This document shows, piece by piece, positions 24,619 through 32,971 of a stretch of 64,000 nt of DNA. The notes beneath the pieces were generated by a model. It did no database searches, was not told where the DNA came from, and worked only from the letters and a program-made list of their open reading frames with translations. Position numbers and translations under genes: made by a program. The first letter of the stretch is position 1, and each line of letters opens with the position of its first letter. Source of the stretch: Lysobacterales bacterium (GTDB lineage Bacteria > Pseudomonadota > Gammaproteobacteria > Xanthomonadales > Xanthomonadaceae); contig JBBRQI010000003.1 in the NCBI GenBank assembly GCA_038226665.1, positions 38,678 through 102,677 of the forward strand. The letters run 5' to 3'.

Positions 24619-25322
24619 TCAGCCGCAACCGGTAGCCGCCAAGTCGGTCATGGTGACCGCTTTCTTGGCTAAAGCGCGCCCGACAAAGGATCCGCCGGTC
24701 ATGGTGATGGCTTGACCCGCAAACACGTTGCCTTTCACGTTCGAAGTCGTCATCGTCGTGGCGCCGCTCGATTCCCAATAGACGTTGCACGCTTTCGCGC
24801 GCCCGGCCATCACTGTCGAAAAGGACTTGCCCGTGAGATTGCCGTTGACCTGGAAAGTCCAGACTCCGGTGATCGGCCATCTAGAGTCAATGTACCGGTG
24901 ACCGATGCCCCTGCGGCGAAACAGTAGACCCCTGGAGCGAGGGTGACCCCGGCCAACGTGCCGGCCAGGAGATGCTGGCACTGTCGATTTCCGATCTGGT
25001 CGAACTGGTTGTTGAATTGCGCCAGCACCGTGGCCGAAACCGGGGCGATGACATGTCCGGCAAGTGCGCAGCGGGTCAGCACTACTGCGGGTCTGGCACC
25101 GGACGAACCCACGTTGCCGAAGATGCTGGAATCCGTGCAGGTCACCGCGCCACGGCTTCCTGGCTCCGCACTCAAGACCGAGTAGTAGCCCAGGTTGATC
25201 TGCGTTAGATACGGACCAGTGGCCTGCTGGCTGTCTTGAGCCTCGACGGAAAACGGCGCAATTGCTGTAGCCATCGTTGCGATTGCGAGCAGGCATTTCG
25301 TGAAACAGATCGAGCGATTCAT
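24619..25322 (-). pseudogene. ice-binding-like (DUF3494 family) secreted protein, interrupted by a 1-nt frameshift near 24870-24890
   Basis: The N-terminal part (frame of ORF 24810..25454, from MNRSICFTKCLLAIATMATAIA) runs to ...LAPGVYCFAAGASVTGTLTLDG. The family continues in the frame of ORF 24619..25461: PITGVWTFQVNGNLTGKSF...ACNVYWESSGATTMTTSNVKGNVFAGQAITMTGGSFVGRALAKKAVTM. The total span of 704 nt is not divisible by 3. Confidence 0.7.
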
Positions 25323-25613
25323 GATGAGAGTCCTTATTGTTCCATTTCGGGCGAGCACGAACAATCTGCCGCGGGTCGGGCCCGATGCACGCAAAAGGTT
25401 CTGTCGTGAATGAGTTCCTCTTCGCAGCGCGCGCGAAGACGGTAGTGGCCACACCAGTCAACGCTGGATCATGCGGCTCTTGGGTCGCTGATTGACCTAA
25501 CGCAGTCTATGGCTGCGCACCGTGCACCTCAGATGAATATATTTTGGCGATGGAGCGGTGAAATCATTGCATCACTTGCGATACCTGCGGACTCGACGAC
25601 TCACGGCGGCTCA

Positions 25614-26018
25614 TCATGGGGCTCGCGCGGCGAAGTAACGGATGACCAGAATGCCGAGCGTGGTCATCGCAAGTGATCCCAGCAGGTGCGCGCCAATCGT
25701 CGCGAGCGACCAGCCGATTTCACGACGCATCAGCAGAGTGACCGTTTCGGCCGAGAACGTCGAGAACGTGGTCAGTCCTCCGAGGAATCCCGTCACCACA
25801 GCCAGCCGCAAGGCCGGCGAGATCGATGCGTTCACCGCGGTGTATTCCATCACCATGCCGATCAGCAGGCCGCCAATGAGATTCGCGGCCAGGGTGCCGA
25901 GCGGCACAGTAGCGAAGACCGGATTGAGCCAGATGCCGAGGTGCCAGCGCAGCAATGCGCCGAGCGCAGCACCGATGGAAATTCCGATCCAGCCGGAAAC
26001 AAATCCCGAGTACAACAT
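25614..26018 (-). CDS. crcB: fluoride efflux channel CrcB/FluC
   Basis: MLYSGFVSGWIGISIGAALGALLRW...GFLGGLTTFSTFSAE... is canonical CrcB. Start placed at the ATG preceded by GGAGG and a 5-nt spacer, rather than the GTG at 26030. Confidence 0.9.
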   Translation of the reverse strand: MLYSGFVSGWIGISIGAALGALLRWHLGIWLNPVFATVPLGTLAANLIGGLLIGMVMEYTAVNASISPALRLAVVTGFLGGLTTFSTFSAETVTLLMRREIGWSLATIGAHLLGSLAMTTLGILVIRYFAARAP

Positions 26019-26120
26019 GCTCACCTCCACATACGTTCGGACGGGCGCAGCGGAGTGCCGATAGTCGGTGAAGGCTGCATGGGGCCCGCACTACAAACGA
26101 CCGGTACATCCGGTGCGATC

Positions 26121-26178
26121 TGTAGGCATCATCAGCCGCGAGGCGGTTGGGAATCACAGGAGGAATGCCATCTCCCGC
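26121..26178 (-). promoter_or_regulatory. fluoride riboswitch (crcB RNA motif)
   Basis: The minus strand reads GGGAGAUGGCAUUCCUCC-UGUGAUUCCC-AACCGCC-UCGC-GGCUGAUGAUGCCUACA. This matches the conserved GGnGAUGG...CCUCC / AACCGCC / GCUGAUGAUGCCUAC core of the fluoride aptamer, about 100 nt upstream of crcB. Confidence 0.85.
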
Positions 26179-26238
26179 GATGAGCGTATGCAAACCAAAG
26201 CGTCATTGCAACCTTGCGCGTGCGCGAATGCCGCGCCA

Positions 26239-27447
26239 TCACGCCGCTTTGCTCGGACGCTGCAATAGCGCGATCGCAGCAAAGGTGGTGATGACCGCCA
26301 TCGCAGCCCCAGCAAGAAATGTCTCCCTCGGCCCGCCGTGCGTCCACAACGCGCCGGCGCCGGCGCTCGCGAACAACAGCAATACGCCGCGCACAAGATT
26401 CATCGCGCCGAACGCACTGCCGCGCAGATCCTCCGGAGCATCGTCGGCGACGTACGCAGCCAGCAGCCCTTCGGTCAGCCCCATGTGCAAGCCCCACAGG
26501 CCGATGCCGAGCAGCACGGCGATTCTGCCATCGCCGAATGCGAGCAGAACGTCGGCGCCGAGCATTACCAAGCATCCCACGACCAGCATACCAAGACGCG
26601 GCAGGCGATCGGACAATATCCCGGCTGGCCATGCGCTGAGCATGTACACGCCGCTCATCACGACCAATGCGAGCGGCGCATAGGTTGCGGTCAATCCGGC
26701 ATCCTGTCCGCGCAACACGAGAAATGCTTCGGAAAAACGCATCAGGGTGAACAACGCGACCACGACCAGCAACTTCCAGAAGCTCGACGGGAAACGTTTC
26801 CAGTCGTGCGACGCGAGCGGGTTCACGCGTGTTAGCCCAGCAGCAAGGTGACGCTCAGGTTCGCGTACCCACACGAACAGAATCGCGAGTGCGATGAAGG
26901 CCGGAATCACCGCGATCCACAGCACGCGGCGTAGATCGTCGTTCCACATCAGCATCAATGCGATCGCGATCAATGGTCCTGCGAACGCGCCGACAGTATC
27001 CAGCGATTGGCGCAATCCGTAAGCAGCGCCGCGCTGTTCGGGTGCGGTCACATCAGCGACGTAGGCATCGCGCGGTGCGCCGCGAATGCCCTTGCCGATG
27101 CGGTCGATAAAGCGCGCAGCAAACACGGTCGCCGCGCTGCCGGCGAGTGGAAACAGCGGCTTGGTGATCGCGGCCAACCCGTAGCCAAGCAACATCAGCG
27201 GCCTGCGCTTGCCGAAACGATCCGACAGCGTTCCGGAAAACAACTTGGCGATCGACGCGGTCGATTCGGCCACGCCTTCGATCCATCCTAGCGTCGCCGC
27301 GCTGACGCCCAGTGTCCCGACCAGGAACACCGGCAACAGGCCGTGGATCATCTCCGACGACACATCCATGAACATGCTGACGAATCCCAGCGCCCAGATG
27401 CCGCCCGGCAAGGATTTCCAACTGCGTTGAACGGGCGTCGCGGTCAT
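26239..27447 (-). CDS. MFS transporter
   Basis: Internal ATG (MTATPVQRSWKSLPGGIWALGFVSMFMDVSSEMIHGLLPVFL...) of ORF 26239..27951. About 12 hydrophobic segments. Contains the MFS loop motif GTLSDRFGKRRPLM. Confidence 0.8.
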   Translation of the reverse strand: MTATPVQRSWKSLPGGIWALGFVSMFMDVSSEMIHGLLPVFLVGTLGVSAATLGWIEGVAESTASIAKLFSGTLSDRFGKRRPLMLLGYGLAAITKPLFPLAGSAATVFAARFIDRIGKGIRGAPRDAYVADVTAPEQRGAAYGLRQSLDTVGAFAGPLIAIALMLMWNDDLRRVLWIAVIPAFIALAILFVWVREPERHLAAGLTRVNPLASHDWKRFPSSFWKLLVVVALFTLMRFSEAFLVLRGQDAGLTATYAPLALVVMSGVYMLSAWPAGILSDRLPRLGMLVVGCLVMLGADVLLAFGDGRIAVLLGIGLWGLHMGLTEGLLAAYVADDAPEDLRGSAFGAMNLVRGVLLLFASAGAGALWTHGGPRETFLAGAAMAVITTFAAIALLQRPSKAA

Positions 27448-27552
27448 CGGCTTCGTATCGGAAGATGTACCGCATCTTACCTGCAGGACATCAACACACG
27501 GCCTTAATGGCGTTGGCATGTAGAGTGTCGCATTAGCCAGTGAGTCGACCAT

Positions 27553-28611
27553 ATGGATTTGATCGGGTTGGGTACCGCGACTCCCGAACGGCGCTACACC
27601 AAGGCCGATTGCTGGGAGGCGTTCAAGAACTCGCTGTGGTTCGAACGGCTCGATCGCCGGGCGCGGATGATCACCGAGCTGGTGCTTCAGCGCGACAACG
27701 GAATCGAAGCGCGTTGGCTCGCGATAGATACGTTGCAGGATGTGCTGGTGATCGATCCGGATACCTGCCACGCGCGTTTCGCTATGCATGCTCCAGCGCT
27801 TGCAACGCGCGCAGCCGAACGCGCGCTTGCGGATTCCGGCTTGCTGGCAAACGCGATCGACGCAGTGATCGTCAGTACTTGCACCGGCTATCTGTGTCCT
27901 GGTCTCAGCACTTACATCGTCGAGTCGCTGGGTCTGCGTGCTGACGTGCAAGCGCTCGATCTGGTCGGGCAGGGTTGCGGCGCGGCATTGCCGAACTGGC
28001 GCATGGCCGACGCGCTGCTGAAATCAGGCAGTTCCGCGCATGTTTTATCGGTCTGCGTCGAAGTCAGCAGCGCTGCGATGTATCTCGACAACGATCCTGG
28101 CGTGCTGATCAGCGCTTGCCTGTTCGGCGATGGTGCTGGTGCCGCAGTGTTGTCATCGCAACCGCAGCCTGGGCGGCGACGCGTGCAATGGAAAACCGCA
28201 GCGACAGTGATCGACCCATCCGAACGCGAGGCGTTGCGTTTCGAAACGCGCAACGGGCTGTTGCGTAACATCCTCACGCGCGCGGTGCCGAAACTCGCCG
28301 CCGAGTATGCGCAGCACGTATTGAATACCGTGCTCACCGAACAAGGTTTGCAGCAGTCGGATATCGATGGCTGGATCTGGCACGCGGGCGGTCGTGACGT
28401 GATGCTCGCATTGCGCGAAAAGATGGGACTCAGCGAACACGACCTGCGCCATAGCGCCGCGATGTTGCGCGAATACGGCAACCTCAGTAGCGCGTTCGTC
28501 TATTTCGCGCTGCAGGCGGCATTAGCCGACAATGCAGCCGGTGGACTCTGGTGGATGGCTTCGTTCGGCGCAGGATTCAGCAGCCATGGCGCATTGCTGG
28601 AGGTCGCGTGA
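27553..28611 (+). CDS. type III polyketide synthase (chalcone/stilbene synthase superfamily)
   Basis: 352 aa. Catalytic triad contexts VSTCTGYLCPG (Cys), WIWHAGGRDV (His) and YGNLSSAFV (Asn). Confidence 0.88.
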   Translation: MDLIGLGTATPERRYTKADCWEAFKNSLWFERLDRRARMITELVLQRDNGIEARWLAIDTLQDVLVIDPDTCHARFAMHAPALATRAAERALADSGLLANAIDAVIVSTCTGYLCPGLSTYIVESLGLRADVQALDLVGQGCGAALPNWRMADALLKSGSSAHVLSVCVEVSSAAMYLDNDPGVLISACLFGDGAGAAVLSSQPQPGRRRVQWKTAATVIDPSEREALRFETRNGLLRNILTRAVPKLAAEYAQHVLNTVLTEQGLQQSDIDGWIWHAGGRDVMLALREKMGLSEHDLRHSAAMLREYGNLSSAFVYFALQAALADNAAGGLWWMASFGAGFSSHGALLEVA

Positions 28612-28654
28612 TCGTGTGTGGCACACCTGCATCGGAGATCGTTGCGCCGTGAAC

Positions 28655-29368
28655 ATGCCGCGCCGCGTCGAGCCCGAATTGCTGGATGCGCTGCCGCCCG
28701 ACGATCCGCGCGCTGTACGCTCGCGCAAGGATCTGCGCCGCATCAATCGGCTGATGCGGAACCAGGCCGTGCTCGGCAATGCGCTCGACGGCATCGTGCG
28801 TGGATCGCCATCGATACGACTGGTCGAACTCGGCGCTGGCGATGGCACCTTGCTGCTGCGGCTTGCGCGCAGCCGTGCGAAGCGCTGGCCGAATGTGAAA
28901 CTGGGTTTGCTCGACATGCAACCGGTGGTACGAGCGGAAACACTGGTCGGTTTTCGGGATCATGGCTGGGACGCGCAGGTCGTCGGCGCCAACGTCTTCG
29001 ACTGGTTTGCACAATCCGAGCCAGGCGATGCACCGCCGCGGGTGCTTCCGATCGTGATTGCCAACCTGTTCGTGCATCACTTCGATGGCGCGCGCTTGCA
29101 GGCCTTGTTGAACGGCATCGCAAGCCGTGCACGCGCCTTCGTGTGTTGCGAACCACGCCGCTCGCGACTCGCGCTGACGGGAAGTCGTCTGCTTGGGCTG
29201 ATCGGATGCAACGATGTGACGCGGCACGACGCCATGGTCAGCGTGCACGCAGGTTTTAACGGGCATGAGCTTTCGGCGTTGTGGCCTGATCGTGATGCGT
29301 GGATCTTGCGCGAGAGCCTGGCCGCGCCATTCGGCCATCGCTTTATCGCCGTGCGCAAGCAGGCCTGA
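28655..29368 (+). CDS. class I SAM-dependent methyltransferase
   Basis: Starts at MPRRVEPELLDALPPDD. SAM motif I is LVELGAGDGTLL. An alternative GTG start at 28616 lies 5 nt after the PKS stop. Confidence 0.75.
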   Translation: MPRRVEPELLDALPPDDPRAVRSRKDLRRINRLMRNQAVLGNALDGIVRGSPSIRLVELGAGDGTLLLRLARSRAKRWPNVKLGLLDMQPVVRAETLVGFRDHGWDAQVVGANVFDWFAQSEPGDAPPRVLPIVIANLFVHHFDGARLQALLNGIASRARAFVCCEPRRSRLALTGSRLLGLIGCNDVTRHDAMVSVHAGFNGHELSALWPDRDAWILRESLAAPFGHRFIAVRKQA

Positions 29369-29371
29369 GCC

Positions 29372-30574
29372 ATGCGCACGGACTTCGACGCGATCATCGT
29401 GGGCGGCGGCCCCGCCGGATCCACCGCAGCCATCTTGCTTGCGCAAGCCGGATGGTCGGTCGCGCTGATCGAAAAGCAGGCGTTCCCGCGGCGCAAGGTT
29501 TGCGGCGAATGCATTTCCGCGACCAATCTGCCGTTGCTGCATGCGCTCGGCATCGGCGCTGCGTTCGATGCGTTGGCGGGGCCTGAAATACGCCAGGTTG
29601 GTTTGTTCGCCGGCGATGCATCCTTGATCGCGCCATTGCCGGAGTTCGCAGCACCACACAGATGGGGCAGGGCGCTCGGTCGCGAACATCTCGATACGCT
29701 GCTGCTTGCGCGCGCTGCCGAACTAGGTGCGACGATCCTGCAACCAAGCACGGTCAAGCGCATCGAGCGCGATGGCGCACTGCATGTCTGCCACGCGACA
29801 GGCGCTGACGATGAAACGGTGTCGTTGAGCGCGCCGGTGCTGATCGCTGCGCATGGATCGTGGGAACCCGATCCATCGCAGGAAACAAAGCATCGGCCGC
29901 AGCGCGCATCCGACCTGTTCGCATTCAAGGCCAACTTCAACAATGCGCAACTCGCGGCCGGACTGTTGCCGGTGCTGGCGTTCCCAGGCGGCTATGGCGG
30001 CATCGTGCTGGGAGATCATGGACGCACCACGCTCGCGTTCTGCATCCGCCGCGATGCGTTGCGGGAGAGCCGCGCGCGCCATCCCGCGCGCAAGGCCGCG
30101 CTGGCCGCGCTGGCGCATGTCGAAGCGAATTCTGCTGGCGTGCGTACTGTGTTGAATGGCGCTGATCTCGAAGCATCGTGGCTCAGCGTCGGACCGATCC
30201 AGCCCGGCATCCGCGCGCCGTATCGCGACGACGGCGTCTTCGCGATCGGTAATGTCGCCGGCGAAGCGCATCCCATCCTCGGCGAAGGCATGAGCATGGC
30301 GATCCAGTCGGCGTGGCTGTTGTGCGAACGCCTTGTCTTGGGGCGCGACGAATTGCTCGCCGGCAGTGCGCATGCGAAAGTCGGCCGTGATTACGCACAA
30401 GCATGGCGTCGAAGTTTCGTTGCGCGCATCCGTCTTGCATCGGCGTTTGCGAATCTGGCGATGCGTCCGAGCACATCCGCCGCACTGTTGCCGTTGCTGA
30501 AACTCTGGCCGGGGTTGCTGACCGCTGGTGCGCGGGTCGGCGGAAAAGTACGCCAAGTCATCCCGATTGCATGA
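29372..30574 (+). CDS. FAD-dependent oxidoreductase / flavoprotein monooxygenase-like
   Basis: 400 aa. N-terminal DAIIVGGGPAGSTAA Rossmann motif and a late AIGNVAGEAHPILGEGMSMA motif. Begins 3 nt after the methyltransferase stop. Confidence 0.85.
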   Translation: MRTDFDAIIVGGGPAGSTAAILLAQAGWSVALIEKQAFPRRKVCGECISATNLPLLHALGIGAAFDALAGPEIRQVGLFAGDASLIAPLPEFAAPHRWGRALGREHLDTLLLARAAELGATILQPSTVKRIERDGALHVCHATGADDETVSLSAPVLIAAHGSWEPDPSQETKHRPQRASDLFAFKANFNNAQLAAGLLPVLAFPGGYGGIVLGDHGRTTLAFCIRRDALRESRARHPARKAALAALAHVEANSAGVRTVLNGADLEASWLSVGPIQPGIRAPYRDDGVFAIGNVAGEAHPILGEGMSMAIQSAWLLCERLVLGRDELLAGSAHAKVGRDYAQAWRRSFVARIRLASAFANLAMRPSTSAALLPLLKLWPGLLTAGARVGGKVRQVIPIA

Positions 30575-30602
30575 GCCGCGCATCGACTTGCATGATGCGC
30601 AG

Positions 30603-31667
30603 ATGAAACTATCGCGAGCGATCTGGGCAAACGGCGTCGTCACGGCGATGCTGGCGGCGGCGTTGTTCGGCGCAAGCACGCCGCTTGCAAAAGTGTTGCT
30701 GAGCAATGTTTCCCCGATCCTGCTTGCCGGGCTTCTGTATGCAGGATCAGGGCTCGGCCTCGGCGCGTGGCTCGTGTTGCGGCGCTTGCGCGGACAGGTT
30801 GCAGAGGAGGGCGCGTTGCAGCGCAGCGATTGGCCGTGGCTTTCCGGCGCAGTGCTGTTCGGCGGCGTGATGGGTCCTGTGCTGCTGATGCTTGGGCTGG
30901 CGCACACGCCCGCTTCGACTGCGTCGCTGTTGTTGAACCTAGAAGGAGTGCTGACGGCAGCAATCGCATGGGTCGTGTTTCGCGAGAACGTCGATCGACG
31001 CATCGCGTTCGGGATGTTTGCGATCATTGTCGGTGGCGTGGTGCTGTCGTGGGCAGAGCGTCCGACCGGCGTTCCGTGGGGCGCGCTGGGGATCGCGGGC
31101 GCGTGCCTGTGCTGGGCGATCGACAACAATTTCACACGCGTCGTGTCCGGTGGCGACCCGGTACGCATTGCCGCGATCAAGGGCATTGTGGCGGGGTGCG
31201 TCAATATTGCGATCGCATTGGCACTTGGCGAACGTTTCCCTGATGCATCGCATTTGCTGGCCGCCGGCGCACTCGGTCTTGCTGGCTACGGAATCAGCCT
31301 GGTGTTGTTCGTGCTGTCGCTACGCAATCTGGGCACGGCGCGCACCGGCGCGTATTTCTCGACCGCGCCCTTCGTCGGCGCATCGCTGTCCTTGCTGTTG
31401 CTGCACGAAACACCGGCCCTCGCGTTCTGGATCGCCGGCACGCTGATGGCTGTCGGTGTGTGGTTGCATGTCAGCGAACACCATGTGCATGAACACGAGC
31501 ACGAAGCGCTCGAACACGATCATCGCCACGTGCATGACGAACACCACCAGCACGCGCACGATTTCGCGTGGAGCGGCGTCGAGCCGCACACGCATCCGCA
31601 CGTCCATTCACCGTTGAAGCACGCGCATCCGCACTATCCGGACCTGCACCACCGGCACGGGCATTAA
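30603..31667 (+). CDS. DMT (EamA-type) family permease with a histidine-rich C-terminal tail
   Basis: Internal ATG of ORF 30528..31667. About 10 hydrophobic segments. The last ~66 residues (HVSEHHVHEHEHEALEHDHRHVHDEHHQHAHD...HTHPHVHSPLKHAHPHYPDLHHRHGH) contain about 25 His. Confidence 0.8.
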   Translation: MKLSRAIWANGVVTAMLAAALFGASTPLAKVLLSNVSPILLAGLLYAGSGLGLGAWLVLRRLRGQVAEEGALQRSDWPWLSGAVLFGGVMGPVLLMLGLAHTPASTASLLLNLEGVLTAAIAWVVFRENVDRRIAFGMFAIIVGGVVLSWAERPTGVPWGALGIAGACLCWAIDNNFTRVVSGGDPVRIAAIKGIVAGCVNIAIALALGERFPDASHLLAAGALGLAGYGISLVLFVLSLRNLGTARTGAYFSTAPFVGASLSLLLLHETPALAFWIAGTLMAVGVWLHVSEHHVHEHEHEALEHDHRHVHDEHHQHAHDFAWSGVEPHTHPHVHSPLKHAHPHYPDLHHRHGH

Positions 31668-31678
31668 CGCGGGCGACT

Positions 31679-32917
31679 CTACTGTTTCACGACTTCCACG
31701 CGCCGATTTTGCGCGCGTCCGATCTCGGTATCGTTCGATGCGACTGGTTTGGTTTGGCCAAAACCTGTCGTCGTCATGCGATCCGCCGCGATTCCCGCAG
31801 CGACCAGAGCAGCCTTCACAGAAGCAGCGCGCCGCTGGCTGAGGTCGAGATTGTGCGCGGCTACACCGGTCGAATCGGTATGGCCTTCGATGCTCACGTG
31901 CCACGTTGGATTAGCCTTGAGCGCACCCAGCAATTCATCGACGGCCGGTTTTGCATCCGCACGCAAGTGGTCGCTATCGACATCGAAATTGATGCCGTAG
32001 ATGCGCACGTGACCTTCGGCCGCAAGCTGGGTTGCAACGATGTTTCCACTCGCGGCTTTCGGATTCCAGTTCGGGCACGTACCGATCTTTTCGCTGGTTT
32101 TCTTGATGTCCCAGTCATCCCTCCACTCGTTATCGCCGCCGGACTCGTTCCACCATCCTTCGAAGCCCTTGCCGTCGCGCTTGAGCACCATGATGGCCGC
32201 GCCATGGAAGCCGGCGGCCTGGTACCACGTGAGTTGCATGACGTGCGATTCCGCGCCGCCCTGGATGAGTCCATCGTTGTGTTCGTAGCAGCCGCTGAGC
32301 TGCGCGCCGTCCTGTTGCAGGTGAAAGTCGCCATAGTTGCCGCTGGCGTAGGTGCCGGAAAGGTTCGTCGGCAGCGGGGTCTGCGTGAGTTGCGTACCGA
32401 GCGCCCGAAACTCCATGAGTTCGGTGTACTCCGGATCACCGTTATTGCTCTTGATGACCAGCTTGATCCAGCGGCCAGCGCCAGGCTTGGCGATTTTGAA
32501 ATGCTGTTTGTCCAGGCTCGGCTTGAGCATGACGCTCATCAACGACGTAAAACCTGCCGTCGCCGACATATCGGAAACCATCACATCGATGTCCTTTGCG
32601 CCGCGCACACCGCCATCGCCATCCACCGAGCCCGTGTCGAATTCCAGTGCATGGATCTCGGAACGTTCCGGCAACGAGATCACGATGTCGAATGGCCCAA
32701 CCGCTCCCTTCTCGGACGCCCAACCGGTCTGGGGATTCTCGTCGGTGATCCAGCGCGCTTCCCAGCTGCCGCCATATTCGGAACTGACGCTTTCGCGCAG
32801 CGCGCCGTTTGCGAATGCGCTGACGTTGATGTCTGCCGAAGTCGGCGCGGGCGCAGCGTTGCTCGTGGCTGTGCCAAGCGCTAGAAGCGATGCAATCACA
32901 AACGCAGCTGCTTTCAT
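31679..32917 (-). CDS. OmpA-family protein with an N-terminal discoidin (F5/8 type C)-like domain
   Basis: 412 aa. Signal peptide MKAAAFVIASLLALGTATSNA. C-terminal OmpA_C-like region: IEGHTDSTGVAAHNLDLSQRRAASV...NRRVEV. The N-terminal domain assignment is by resemblance only. Confidence 0.82.
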   Translation of the reverse strand: MKAAAFVIASLLALGTATSNAAPAPTSADINVSAFANGALRESVSSEYGGSWEARWITDENPQTGWASEKGAVGPFDIVISLPERSEIHALEFDTGSVDGDGGVRGAKDIDVMVSDMSATAGFTSLMSVMLKPSLDKQHFKIAKPGAGRWIKLVIKSNNGDPEYTELMEFRALGTQLTQTPLPTNLSGTYASGNYGDFHLQQDGAQLSGCYEHNDGLIQGGAESHVMQLTWYQAAGFHGAAIMVLKRDGKGFEGWWNESGGDNEWRDDWDIKKTSEKIGTCPNWNPKAASGNIVATQLAAEGHVRIYGINFDVDSDHLRADAKPAVDELLGALKANPTWHVSIEGHTDSTGVAAHNLDLSQRRAASVKAALVAAGIAADRMTTTGFGQTKPVASNDTEIGRAQNRRVEVVKQ

Positions 32918-32971
32918 CGATGTCTCCCTGAAGTCCGGGGTAGACTTTAGCCTGCTTCGTTGCGTTGGGGA

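Noticed and set aside
26239-27951. Full 570-aa version of the MFS ORF
   Set aside because: The first 168 codons have no membrane character and overlap the divergent type III PKS gene. The MFS fold begins at the Met at 27447.
28577-31204. Long minus-strand ORFs (28577..29689 of 370 aa; 29723..31204 of 493 aa)
   Set aside because: They are antisense to the methyltransferase, flavoprotein and DMT genes, which carry clear cofactor and TM signatures. The products are Arg/Ala/Pro-rich.
31568-32884. 438-aa plus-strand ORF
   Set aside because: Antisense to the OmpA-family gene, which has a signal peptide and an OmpA_C motif.
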